Source of the DNA: Octopus sinensis
Taxonomy: Eukaryota
Direction of reading: 5' to 3'
Assembly (NCBI RefSeq): GCF_006345805.1
Contig: NC_043020.1
Span: forward strand, 7,192,001 to 7,256,000
DNA length: 64,000 nt
The position numbers and the translations under genes were made by a program. Of the stretch, positions 26,280 to 37,684 are shown in pieces (within the stretch, counting starts at the first letter, position 1; every line of letters begins with the position of its first letter). The notes under the pieces were generated by a model, which had not been told where the DNA came from, ran no database searches, and saw nothing but the letters and a program-made list of their open reading frames with translations.

Positions 26280-26412
26280 CTCTCCCGGCTATTTCTGGCG
26301 ACAACGAAGGGAGACGAAACGAAAGTGGACCGTCTCGAAGCTTGTAATCCAAACCGTTGTTGGTAGTTTCGTCGTCAAGAAACGTGGGTGGGAGGAAATG
26401 AGTTCTAAGCAT
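26280..26412 (-). CDS. Possible first coding segment (44 aa, MLRTHFLPPTFLDDETTNNGLDYKLRDGPLSFRLPSLSPEIAGR) of the minus-strand gene
   Basis: ATG at 26412-26410, open to a weak GAG|GTAGAT donor at 26279, in unique CpG-rich sequence. No protein recognised and Kozak context is weak. Confidence 0.2.
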
Positions 26413-26555
26413 GATACGCGAGAGTATACACAGAGGGCAAGGAAGAATGATGAGGTCTCATTGTGTGGTTCAAGAGTTTCGGCTAAGTTCTGGGATGATG
26501 AGAACAACAACATTGATGATAATGATCCATCTCTTCTGGCGTAAGAAAAAAAACT

Positions 26556-26972
26556 GGCAATCTTTCGTCTCTAGTAGACCTTTCCGTCGATTTCCGTAAA
26601 AAAATTTTTTTTTTTTTTACATATGGGCTTGCGGGAACTTTTGAAGTAATGAGAGCGAAAGAGACTAAGAGAAAGCGATTGTATGACGAGGGAAGTTCTT
26701 TTGAAGTTACCGTGCATGGAAGCATTGATGTACATGTGTGTGTGTTTGATGGGTTGGGGAGACAGACAGTATGTTGTGTAAGTGAAGTGCTTCTGTTAGT
26801 GTGTGAAGAGACAAAGTAATGTGTGAAAGAAAGAGATAACTGAAATTTTTTACTCGGTGTATGTGTATATTGTATGTATATTACTTCAAAAGTTCCCGCA
26901 AGCCCATATGTAAAAAAATTTTATTTTTTTACGGAAATCGACGGAAAGGTCTACTAGAGACGAAAGATCGCC
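26556..26972 (+). mobile_element. MITE with ~90-bp TIRs and 8-10-bp TSD (MULE- or Merlin-like)
   Basis: GGCAATCTTTCGTCTCTAGTAGACC.. / ..GGTCTACTAGAGACGAAAGATCGCC. AAAAAAAACT is duplicated at 26546-26555 and 26973-26982. Confidence 0.9.
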
Positions 26973-27462
26973 AAAAAAAACTGTCAAGAGATTGCTCCTC
27001 CGTTGACTGGACCTCCCGTACAGTCGAAGAAGAGGTGATGAAGAGGTCGCCACAAATTCGGAAGTCGCAGCCGACGCTCATACATACATACATACATACG
27101 GTGTGTGTGTGTGTCGGGAATTGTGAAGTAGTTACTCGAAGGCGAAAACTTTCGTGCTTGAATATAAATTTCAGAAAGTGTTTCGGGACGAAAGCCAAGG
27201 TTTTTCTGGTTAAACTTACACACTTACACACGTGCGTGCAAGCACGAAACGCGCATATGTTTGTGTATTTACACATACAGACATACATACAAGCATAGGT
27301 GTGCAAATATACATGCGTGTGTGTGTGTGTGTGTGTATGTATAAGGCATTATTATGTATGCGTATTTACAAGTGCGTGTGTGATTGTGAGTGTATGCACA
27401 CACGGACACTATGCAACACATAGGTGTTGCTTTATATTTGCACACACACAAACACACATATA

Positions 27463-27495
<33 letters not shown>

Positions 27496-27574
27496 AATTT
27501 ATTATGAAATCGTCTCAGTACCATAATCATGTAAAACGTCCCTAAAACAACAGGCGTACACACACACACACAGA

Positions 27575-27945
27575 AAGATAGACAAATAGACAGACAGATA
27601 GATAGACAGACAGACAGATAGACAAATAGATAGACAGACAGATAGACAAATAGATAGACAGACAGATAGGTAGATAGACAGACAGACAGATAGATAGACA
27701 GATAGACAAATAGACAGACAGACAGACAGATAGATAGACAGACAGGCAAATAGACAGACAGACAGATAGATAGACAGATAGACAAATAGACAGACAGACA
27801 GATAGATAGACAGATAGACAGACAGGCAAATAGACAGACAGACAGATAGATAGACAGATAGACAAATAGACAGACAGACAGATAGATAGACAAATAGATA
27901 GACAGACAGACAGGCAGACAGGCAGATAGATAGATAGATAGATAG
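27575..27945. repeat. (TAGA/CAGA)n microsatellite
   Basis: Direct reading; similar tracts at 29095-29500, 41270-41480, 45550-45845 and 48930-49230. Confidence 0.95.
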
Positions 27946-28171
27946 ACCGACACGTGCCCCATTGAATAAGTGAGGGATATTCTAAAACATTCACAGTCCA
28001 ACAGATATTATTATTTTTTTTGGAAGTTAATTAAAAAACAAAAATCAATTGTAAATATTTACATCAAATTTTCTTTGCTTCAAGACGAACACACACAGTC
28101 TCACATATAAATACATAACAATATGCATATACTAACAGATATTTATATATTGTGTATCGCCTCTCTCTCTC

Positions 28172-28204
<33 letters not shown>

Positions 28205-28301
28205 ATACACACACGTTTATATATGTGCAATGATGTGCTGTATGGTACACACCTAGACCTAACACACACACACACACATATATATAATATATATATATAT
28301 A

Positions 28302-28335
<34 letters not shown>

Positions 28336-28390
28336 ATACACATACGTTTATATATGTGCAAATGTGTGTCTGTACGGTACACCTAGGCCT

Positions 28391-28457
<67 letters not shown>

Positions 28458-28699
28458 ACTCAGACACATCCATACACAACCAAAAATTCTAGGGGTTTTT
28501 TTGGGTGGGGTGATGCAGTGTTTGTAACATTTTCCCTTAATTTTTTCGCCTGTACAGGGGTGGGGTTACCTTTTTACATATGTACCTAGCGCCCACCCCT
28601 AATCCACACACACATTCTATCTAACCTTACCCGAAAATATCACACTTCCCGTAGTCAAAGACAGAGAGAAAGAGAGAGAGACCGAATAAAACGACTTAC

Positions 28700-29068
28700 C
28701 TAAATGAAAATCCTTCTTAGAATGGAAAACTCGCCAAATGAAATGGAAAGAGGAGAGGGGTGAGGAGGAGGAAGAGAAGAAGAAGAAGAAGAGGGGGGGT
28801 GCAGGATCTTTATAAAGAGAAACAAATTAAGTGAGGAACACTGTATCTGTGTGAGTGTGAGTGTCCGAGTGTGTGTGTGTGCGTACGGATGAGTGTGTGT
28901 AAGTGTTGTTGAGTGTGCGCGTGTGAGGGCGTCTGTGAGTGTGTGTGTGAGAGAGAGAGACTGAGTGTGTGTGTGTGCATTCGTGACTAAGTGTGTGTAC
29001 GAGGTGCGAGTTGTGCGGCCGCCAGCTCCCTTTTTTGGAGGGGTTTAAGGTAAGCAGGGTTTTTTATA
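28700..29068 (-). promoter_or_regulatory. Putative TATA promoter and non-coding first exon of an unidentified minus-strand gene
   Basis: Minus strand has TATAAAA at 29068-29062, then ~335 nt of CpG-containing CA/CT-rich leader, ending in TAG|GTAAGT (donor 28699-28694). No SINEs nearby. Confidence 0.45.
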
Positions 29069-29134
29069 AGGGTTCAACACATACAGTCACGCGCAGATAG
29101 GTAGGTAGATAGATAGATAGATGGATAGATAGAC

Positions 29135-29188
<54 letters not shown>

Positions 29189-29214
29189 GTAGATAGATAG
29201 AGAGATAGATAGAG

Positions 29215-29245
<31 letters not shown>

Positions 29246-29278
29246 GGTAGATAGAGAGATAGATAGAGGTAGATAGAG

Positions 29279-29329
<51 letters not shown>

Positions 29330-29443
29330 GGTAGGTAGATAGATAGATAGAGGTAGGTAGGTAGATAGATAGATAGATAGATAGATATACAGATAGAGGT
29401 AGATAGATAGATAGACAGACAGATAGATAGATAGATAGACAGT

Positions 29444-29499
<56 letters not shown>

Positions 29500-29810
29500 C
29501 AGGCACATACACACATACAATGAAACCAGTAAAAGAATAAATAAATAAATCAATAATGAATCTGTATGTGTATTTACCAATCTTTTCTTTTTTTTCCCCC
29601 TCCTTTTATTTTCTTTTTTTTTGTTCTTTTGTTGTTGTTTTTTTTATAGATTTACATCTCTATTTTTCTGCAGCAGAAATTTTGAAATTTGTTTCTGTCT
29701 TTCGCGAAAAGCAGCCGCGATGGAGGGAAGGAAGTGAAGAAATATCCAGAGGAAGTATAAAATATATAAAGAATAATTGGCGAAAAAAGAAATGATGACG
29801 ACGACGATGA

Positions 29811-29841
<31 letters not shown>

Positions 29842-31744
29842 TGTGTTAGTGATGGTTGTGATGATGATGTTGATGATGATGATGATGATGATGATAGTGG
29901 TGACGGCGATGGTGGTGAATGAAGGTGATGGTGTGATGACGGTGATGATGATGATGATGATGATAGTGGTGGTGGTGGTGGTGGTGGTGGTGATGATGGT
30001 GATGATGACCACAAAGCAATTATTAGAGAAAGGAACGGTTAGAGAAATCACAATCAGAAGTGCTCGGCCGGAGTGGTTGGTGGTGGGAGGAAAGGGTTTT
30101 CCCCCCTCCTCCTCTCCTCCCCTTTAATATTTGTTTATGTTGATACGTCACACTGCGTGTGTGTGTGTGAGAGAGGGAGAGTGTGTGTGTGTGAGAGAGA
30201 GTGTGTGTGTATGTGTATGAGAGAGTGTGTGTGTATGTGTGTGTGTGCGTGTGTGAGAGTGTGTGTGTGTGTGTGTGTATGAGAGAGTGCGTGTGTATGT
30301 GTGTGTGTGTGCGTGTGTATGTGTGTGTATGAGAGAGAGAGTGTATGTGTGTGTATGAGAGAAAGAGTGTGTGTGTGTGTATGAGAGAGAGAGAGTGTGT
30401 GTGTGTGTATGAGAGAGAGAGTGTATGTGTGTGTATGAGAGAGAGAGAGAATGTGTGGTGAGAGAGTGTGTGTATATGTGTGTATGAGAGAGAGAGAGTG
30501 TGTGTGTATGAGAGAGAGAGTGTGTGTGTGTATGAGAGAGTGTGTGTGTTGTTGTATGAGAGAGAGTGTGTGTGTGAGAGAGAGTATGTGTGTGTGTGTG
30601 TGTGTGTATGCGCGCGCTTATAACGGAGGAGGAAGGATGGTGGTGCCGCGGAGTGTTGTGTGTTGCAGTGGTGGTGATTTATATCAGTCACAACTAAAAA
30701 TCTTTCCAATTCATGCAAATAGTATTCAAATATATTCGGAACCGAGGAGATCCGAACAAGGTGGCGGCGGTGTTGGTGGGTGGATGGCGTTGGGCGCGGC
30801 GGACGTTAGCCTGGCTGGCTGGCTTGGCGGTCGGGGTGGTCGGGGCGGCCGGGAGGCCGAGATCGGGGACAATCAAGGAAGAAGGAATAGTCGGGGGGGG
30901 CCCTAACCCCCACCGAATGTAGAGAGAGAGGAAGAACGAGGGAGAAGAAGTACAGTGGGAGAGGGAGTGGCCCTTGGTTACCCACTGGCTGACTAACTAC
31001 CAGTGATTGTGTGTGTGTGTGTGTGTGTGTGTCTGTGTGTGTATAGTGGCCAAAGAAACTGGTCAGATATGGCCAAAGCCAGTAGTAGCCACGTCCAGAC
31101 CAACAGGAGAGAAAAGCAGAAGATAGGAGTCGGTTTTATTCAGAAATTTAGGATTGTGTTTATTTCGTTTTGGGTATTTTTTCTTTCTTTTTACTTTCAT
31201 TCATTCATATTAATGATATTTATTTATTTATTTCTTCTATAGGAAGCATCGTGAACGAGACAGAGAGAGAAAGAGGTTTTATCCATTTTTTTCCCGTTCA
31301 TTCATACATTTATTTATGATTTTTATAATTTTATACTTTATATAAGAAGAAGCATCGGGGGGACAGATAAAGATAGAGAGAGACAGAGGGAGAAACAGAG
31401 AGAAGGAGAGGGACAGAGAGAAGGAGAGAAAGTGAGGGACAAAGAGAGTGAGAGGCAGAGACGGGTTTCGTCTTTTTTCGTTCGTTCATTCATTTAAAAT
31501 ACATTTATTCATTTTTATTCTTTCTGTGAGAAGCAACGGGAAGAAAGAGAGAAAAAAAGACACACACACACAGACAGACACAGAGAAGTAGAGAGACAAA
31601 CAAACAAACAGAGAAAAGAAAAACGGAGAGAAAGAGGCTTTCTTTTTCTTTATTTCCTTCATTGATAGATTTATTTAGTTGTGTATTTATTTTTAGCCTA
31701 CAATTTTTATTCTTTTGTAATGAACTCTAGAAGGAAAGAAAGAG

Positions 31745-32051
31745 AGATGCGGCGAGAGAGAGAGATAGAGAGAGGAGAAAGGACAGGAGAGAAAAGCGGG
31801 AGAGAGAGAGAGAGGAGAAAGGATAGGAGAGAAAAGCGGAAGAGAGAGAGAGAGAGGAGAAAGGATAGGAGAGAAAAGCGGAAGAGAGAGAGAGAGAGGA
31901 GAAAGGATAGGAGAGAAAAGCGGAAGAGAGAGAGAGAGAGAGGAGAAAGGATAGGAGAGAAAAGCGGAAGAGAGAGAGAGAGAGAGGAGAAAGGATAGGA
32001 GAGAAAAGCGGAAGAGAGAGAGAGAGAGGAGAAAGGATAGGAGAGAAAAGC

Positions 32052-32086
<35 letters not shown>

Positions 32087-32115
32087 AAGGATAGGAGAGA
32101 AAAGCGGAAGAGAGA
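31745..32115. repeat. GA-rich ~40-bp minisatellite, ~9 copies
   Basis: Unit GGAGAAAGGATAGGAGAGAAAAGCGGAA followed by variable (GA)n. Confidence 0.92.
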
Positions 32116-32239
32116 AGGAAAGAAGAAGGTGCCAAACAACGGAAGAAGAAGCAGCAGGGAGGAAGAAGAGGAGGTTTAGGTGGAAGGGGTCAGAGTAGAT
32201 TGCCAATGTATATAAATATATTGAGCTGTAAAGACTTGC

Positions 32240-32272
<33 letters not shown>

Positions 32273-32519
32273 TAGAGTTGACAGCTCGATCGATAGAGAA
32301 TACAAGACAAGGAAAGATGGTGCGGAAGTGTGTGTGTGTTGCTGGCAGACACCGAAAATGCAAACCAAAATAATAACCAAATCTCTTTTACCACTTTACA
32401 GACAAGCAGACAAAAATATTTTTTAAAAAACAACAAAAAAAACCCGAATGGTTTGGCTCCGCCTCGAAGCACGGACAAGGCAAGAGAAAATGGTAGCAGC
32501 ACCAGCAGCCTATGTGTCA

Positions 32520-34130
32520 ATATAAACACTGAGATAACCTCCTCCTTCCACCCATCGTTGTCATCAACAATGACAGAAGCTAAGACATCGCTGGTGCCGG
32601 CTTTGTACGTTCCGAGTTCAAATTCCGCCGAGGTCGACTTTGCCTTTCATCCTCTCGGGGTCGATAATTAAGTACAGTTTACGCACTGGGGTCGATAATA
32701 GACTTAATAATCCCTTTGTCTGTCCTTGTTTGTCCCCTCTGTGTTTAGCCCCTTCTGGTAGTAAAGAAATATATAAACACTGCGATAACCTCTTCCTTCC
32801 ACCATCGTTGTCATCAACAATGACAGAAGCTAAAACATCGCTGGTGCCGGCTTTGTATGTTCCGAGTTCAAATTCCGCCGAGGTCGACTTTGCCTTTCAT
32901 CCTCTCGGGGTCGATAAATTAAGTACCAGTTACGCACTGGGGTCGATATAATAGACTTAATCCCTTTGTCTGTCCTTGTTTGTCCCCTCTGTGTTTAGCC
33001 CCTTCTGGGTAGTAAAGAAATATATAAACACTGCGATAACCTCTTCCTTCCACCATCGTTGTCATCAACAATGACAGAAGCTAGGACATCGCTGGTGCCG
33101 GCTTTGTAGGTTCCGAGTTCAAATTCCGTCGAGGTCGACTTTGCCTTTCATCCTTTCGGGGTCGATAAATTAAGTACCAGTTACGCACTGGGGTCGATAT
33201 AATAGACTTAATCCCTTTGTCTGTCCTTGGTTGTCCCCTCTGTGTTTAGCCCCTTCTGGGTAGTAAAGAAATATATAAACACTGCGATAACCTCTTCCTT
33301 CCACCATCGTTGTCATCAACAATGACAAGCTAAAACATCGCTGGTGCCGGCTTTGTACGTTCCGAGTTCAAATTCCACCGAGGTCGACTTTGCCTTTCAT
33401 CCTTTCGGGGTCGATAAATTAAGTACCAGTTACGCACTGGGGTCGATATAATAGACTTAATCCCTTTGTCTGTCCTTGTTTGTCCCCTCTGTGTTTAGCC
33501 CCTTCTGGGTAGTAAAGAAATATATAAACACTGCGATAACCTCTTCCTTCCACCATCGTTGTCATCAACAATGACAGAAGCTAAAACATCGCTGGTGCCG
33601 GCTTTGTACGTTCCGAGTTCAAATTCCACCGAGGTCGACTTTGCCTTTCATCCTTTCGGGGTCGATAAATTAAGTACCAGTTACGCACTGGGGTCGATAT
33701 AATAGACTTAATCCCTTTGTCTGTCCTTGTTTGTCCCCTCTGTGTTTAGCCCCTTCTGGGTAGTAAAGAAATATATAAACACTGCGATAACCTCTTCCTT
33801 CCACCATCGTTGTCATCAACAATGACAGAAGCTAGGACATCGCTGGTGCCGGCTTTGTACGTTCCGAGTTCAAATTCCGTCGAGGTCGACTTTGCCTTTC
33901 ATCCTTTCGGGGTCGATAAATTAAGTACCAGTTACGCACTGGGGTCGATATAATAGACTTAATCCTTTGTCTGTCCTTGTTTGTCCCCTCTGTGTTTAGC
34001 CCCTTCTGGGTAATAAAGAAATATATAAACACTGCGATAACCTCCTCCTTCCACCATCATTGTCATCAACAATGACAGAAGCTAAAACATCGCTGGTGCC
34101 GGCTTTGTACGTTCCGAGTTCAAATCCCAC
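32520..34130 (+). repeat. 251-bp tandem array (6 full + 1 partial) built from a 5'-truncated family B SINE plus ~85 bp of other sequence
   Basis: Unit starts at 32520, 32771, 33022, 33273, 33522, 33773 and 34023. Confidence 0.95.
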
Positions 34131-34257
34131 CAGGTTCAAATTCTATTTCTGTTTGGCTCACACTTTTTGAAATTTTAAAATTAAATGAAAATTTTTTTAA
34201 TTTGGTATATTGGTGTAATTTTTCACGCTGAATCTACTTAGCTCATTATTCATTAAT

Positions 34258-34600
34258 CATCATCATCATCGTTTAACGTCCGTTCTCTGGCTAGCATGGG
34301 TTGGACGGTTCGACCGAGGATCTGGGAAGCCAGAAGGCTGCACCAGGCTCCAGTCTTATCTGGCAATGTTTCTACAGCTGGATGCCCTTCCTAATGCCAA
34401 CCACTCCGTGAGTGTAGTGGGTGCTTTTTACGTGCCACCTGCACAGGTGCCAGGCGAGGCTGGCAACGGCCACGGTCGGATTGGTGTATTTTACGTGCCA
34501 CCGGCATGGAAGCCAGTCGAGGCGGCGCTGGCATCGGCCACGAGTCGGATAGTGCTTTTTACGTACCACCAGACCAGGGATCCTGGCTGGTTCAATTCGG
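34258..34600 (-). mobile_element. 'Family C' repeat, long subfamily (sister copy 59583-59995)
   Basis: (CAT)n tail at the left; near-identical to 59583-59915. Confidence 0.8.
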
Positions 34601-35758
34601 TGGATAAAATAAAGTACCAGTCAAGTACTGGGGATCGATTTCATCTACTAAACCAGTGGATCTCAACTAGGGTCCATATAAGATTTTGATGTTAAAATTT
34701 ATTTGCAATAGGTACAGGCGTGTCTGTGGAGTAAGAGGTTTGCTTTTCATCCACATGGTTCCAGGTTCAGTCCCACTACATGGTAGAACCTTTAATGAGT
34801 GACTTCTACCAGAGCCTTGGGCCAACCAAAACCTTGTGAGTGGATTTGGTAAATGGAAACTGAAAGAAGCCATTCATATTTGTATATATCTAAATATACA
34901 TATACCGGCGCAGGAGTGGCTGTTTGGTAAGAAGCTTGCTTCTCAACCACATGGTTCCAGGTTCAGTCCCACTGCATGGCACCTTGGGCAAGTGTCTTCT
35001 ACTATAGCCTTGTGACAACCAAAACCTTGTGAGTGGATTTGGTAGAGAGAAACTAAGAGAAACCCGTCATATATATGTGTATGTACATGTGTGTATCTGT
35101 GTTTGTACTCCCACCATTGCTTGACAACCGATATTGGTGTGTTTATGTCCCTGTAACTTAGCAGTTTGGCAAAAGAAAACCAATAGAATACGTACTAGGC
35201 TTACAAAGAATAAGTCCTGGGGTGGATTTGTTCGACTAAAGACAGTGCTCCAGCATGGCCGCAGTCAAGTGACTGAAACAAGTAAAAGAATATCTATGTG
35301 TGTGTGTGTGTGTGTATGTATCTTTGAGTCTGTGTCCTCCACAACCGCTTGAAAACCGATGTTGGTGTGTTTATGTCCCCGTAACTTAACAGTTCAACAA
35401 AGAAGACCAACAGAATAAGTACCAGGTTTTAAAAAGTAAAATAAGTGCTGGGGTTGATTCATTTAACTAAAAATTCTTCAAGACAATGCTCCAGCATGGC
35501 CGCAGTCTAATGACTGAAACAAACAAATAAATAAATTGGTTATCCTTCTTTACTCTTTTACTTGTTTCAGTCATCTGACTGAGGCCATGCTGGAGCATCA
35601 CTTTTAATTGAACAAATCGACACCAGGACTTATTCTTTGTAAGCTCAGTACTTATTCTATTGGTCTCTTTTGCCGAACCCCTAAGTTAAAGGGACATAAA
35701 CACACCAACATCAGTTGTCAATTGATGGTGGGGGGAACAAACACAGACACACAAACAT

Positions 35759-35808
<50 letters not shown>

Positions 35809-35809
<1 letters not shown>

Positions 35810-36081
35810 TTTATTTAAAGCAGCGGAAAATTCAACAAAATCTGTTACTCTGAGTTTCTCGTTGCCATTCATCAGACAGTTTTTGCTAGAATGGAACCGA
35901 TATATCAATTCCGATATATCGGCTCCATTCTAGCAAAAACTGTCTGATGAATGGCAACGAGAAACTCAGAGTAACAGATTTTGTTGAATTTTCTGCTGCT
36001 TTAAATAAAGCATATTACTCTACCCCTGGTATTTGAGTACTCTTTTCTCCACCTTGTTTCACATTTATGTGTTTACTCCGG

Positions 36082-36082
<1 letters not shown>
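35809..36082 (+). mobile_element. Penelope-like pseudo-LTR fragment with 98-bp inverted head, in (TA)n
   Basis: Arms 35809-35906 and 35913-36010 (2 mismatches, loop AATTCC), hammerhead-like core, tail shared with 14541-14620. Confidence 0.7.
35940..35977 (+). ncRNA. Minimal type I hammerhead ribozyme-like motif (Penelope type)
   Basis: CTGT-CTGATGA-A-TGGCAACGA-GAAA-CTCAGAG-TA-ACAG. Both core boxes present, stem I CUGU/ACAG, near-palindromic stem III ACUC-A-GAGU, GUA cleavage triplet. Stem II has one mismatch. Confidence 0.6.
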
Positions 36083-36115
<33 letters not shown>

Positions 36116-37144
36116 CAGGGACATACTGCTTGGTTAGAAAAGGTAGGCAGTGCCTGCCCTGAATAAAATAGATCGATAGTAACGTTTTCCTTTTATAGCA
36201 AAATATGAACCTAATTCAATAAAACTATGAAGGTTACTCTGATTATTAAGCATAAAATACTAAATGTTTTATCTTTTTGTGGATTAGATAGGCATGATTT
36301 GCCCCTGCCTTTCAATCGCAGTATTAAAGCTATGCATAGAACTGGTGTAACACACATGCTGAGTACATTCCTACAACAAAGTTTTCTTTATGTGGTTTAG
36401 AAGCAGAAACAAGTCTGCCTTCATCTCAGTCACGCACCTGTGTTTCGCTTATTAACATCACCAACTGCCTACTCTAAGTAATTACTCACGGCAAGTGCCT
36501 GACATATATATATATATATACGACAGGCTTCTTTCAGTTTCCGTCTACCAAATCCACTCACAAGACTTTGGTTGGCCCAAGGCTATAATAGAAGACACTT
36601 GCCCAAGGTGCCACAGAGTGGGACTGAACTTGGAACCATGTGGCTGGTAAGCAAGCTACTTACCACACAGCCACTCCTGTGCCTAGTTGGAAATTTTTTT
36701 TTCCAAATTTTGGTGCATGGTCAGCATTTTTAAGGGGAGGAGATAATCAATACCATCAGCCCCTATATTTGATTTGTACTTTATTTTATTGATCCCTGAA
36801 GGAATGCAAAGCAAAGTTGATTTCGACAGGATTTGAACTCAGAATGTAAAGAGTTGGAACAAATACTGCAATGCAATTTTTTTCCTGACCCTCACCGGGT
36901 ACAAGGCCTAAAATTTTACGGGGGTGGGGGTTTAAGTGTCAAATTACAGATAGAACAAGGCTAAAAGCAATGGGCTGGAGATAGGGAAGCATTATAAATT
37001 AACGAGGGCAGTTAGAAGGGTATCAGATATCTTTCTAGGAAATTTAAACCAAAAGGAAGAATAAAACAAGACCCATCCTTGTACAAGTCAATAGCTGAAC
37101 TCTAAAATACACTATCTATCTACCTATCTATCTATCTATCTATC

Positions 37145-37187
<43 letters not shown>

Positions 37188-37196
37188 GTGTGTGTG

Positions 37197-37249
<53 letters not shown>

Positions 37250-37266
37250 TATATATATATATATGC

Positions 37267-37309
<43 letters not shown>

Positions 37310-37471
37310 TATAACGGGAAGCTATATGAAAATAAACAAAAGACGACGAAGGCAGGTGGAGTACAAACAAACAATTGTATTAGTATGGCACTCAGGAATA
37401 GAAATAAAACAATATAAATATACACAAATATATGTATGTATATATGTGTGTGTGTATATATATATACATAT

Positions 37472-37530
<59 letters not shown>

Positions 37531-37645
37531 GTATGTATATATATATAATCAATCCAAACATGAACAAGCAAGAAAAAACAACAATTCGAGGATGTGGAAT
37601 AAGTACAGTGTTATTGGACGCTCAGGAAAGGAAAGAAAAGAAAGA

Positions 37646-37684
37646 GGGTTTCATGTTTCGAGCGGAGCTCTTCATCAGACAATT
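37646..37684 (-). ncRNA. Degenerate minimal hammerhead ribozyme-like motif
   Basis: Minus strand reads TTGT-CTGATGA-A-GAGCTCCGCTC-GAAA-CATG-AAACC. Cores and stem II (GAGC/GCTC) intact; cleavage-site base is G and stem I is mismatched. Confidence 0.45.

Noticed and set aside
26398-26545. + strand first exon MSSKHDTREY..DPSLL|GTAAG
   Set aside because: The frame stops at the would-be donor, no downstream + strand exon was found, and the stronger promoter and donor signals nearby are on the minus strand.
32520-34130. CRISPR-like array
   Set aside because: Eukaryotic context, the 251-bp units are wholly repeated with no unique spacers, and they derive from a SINE.
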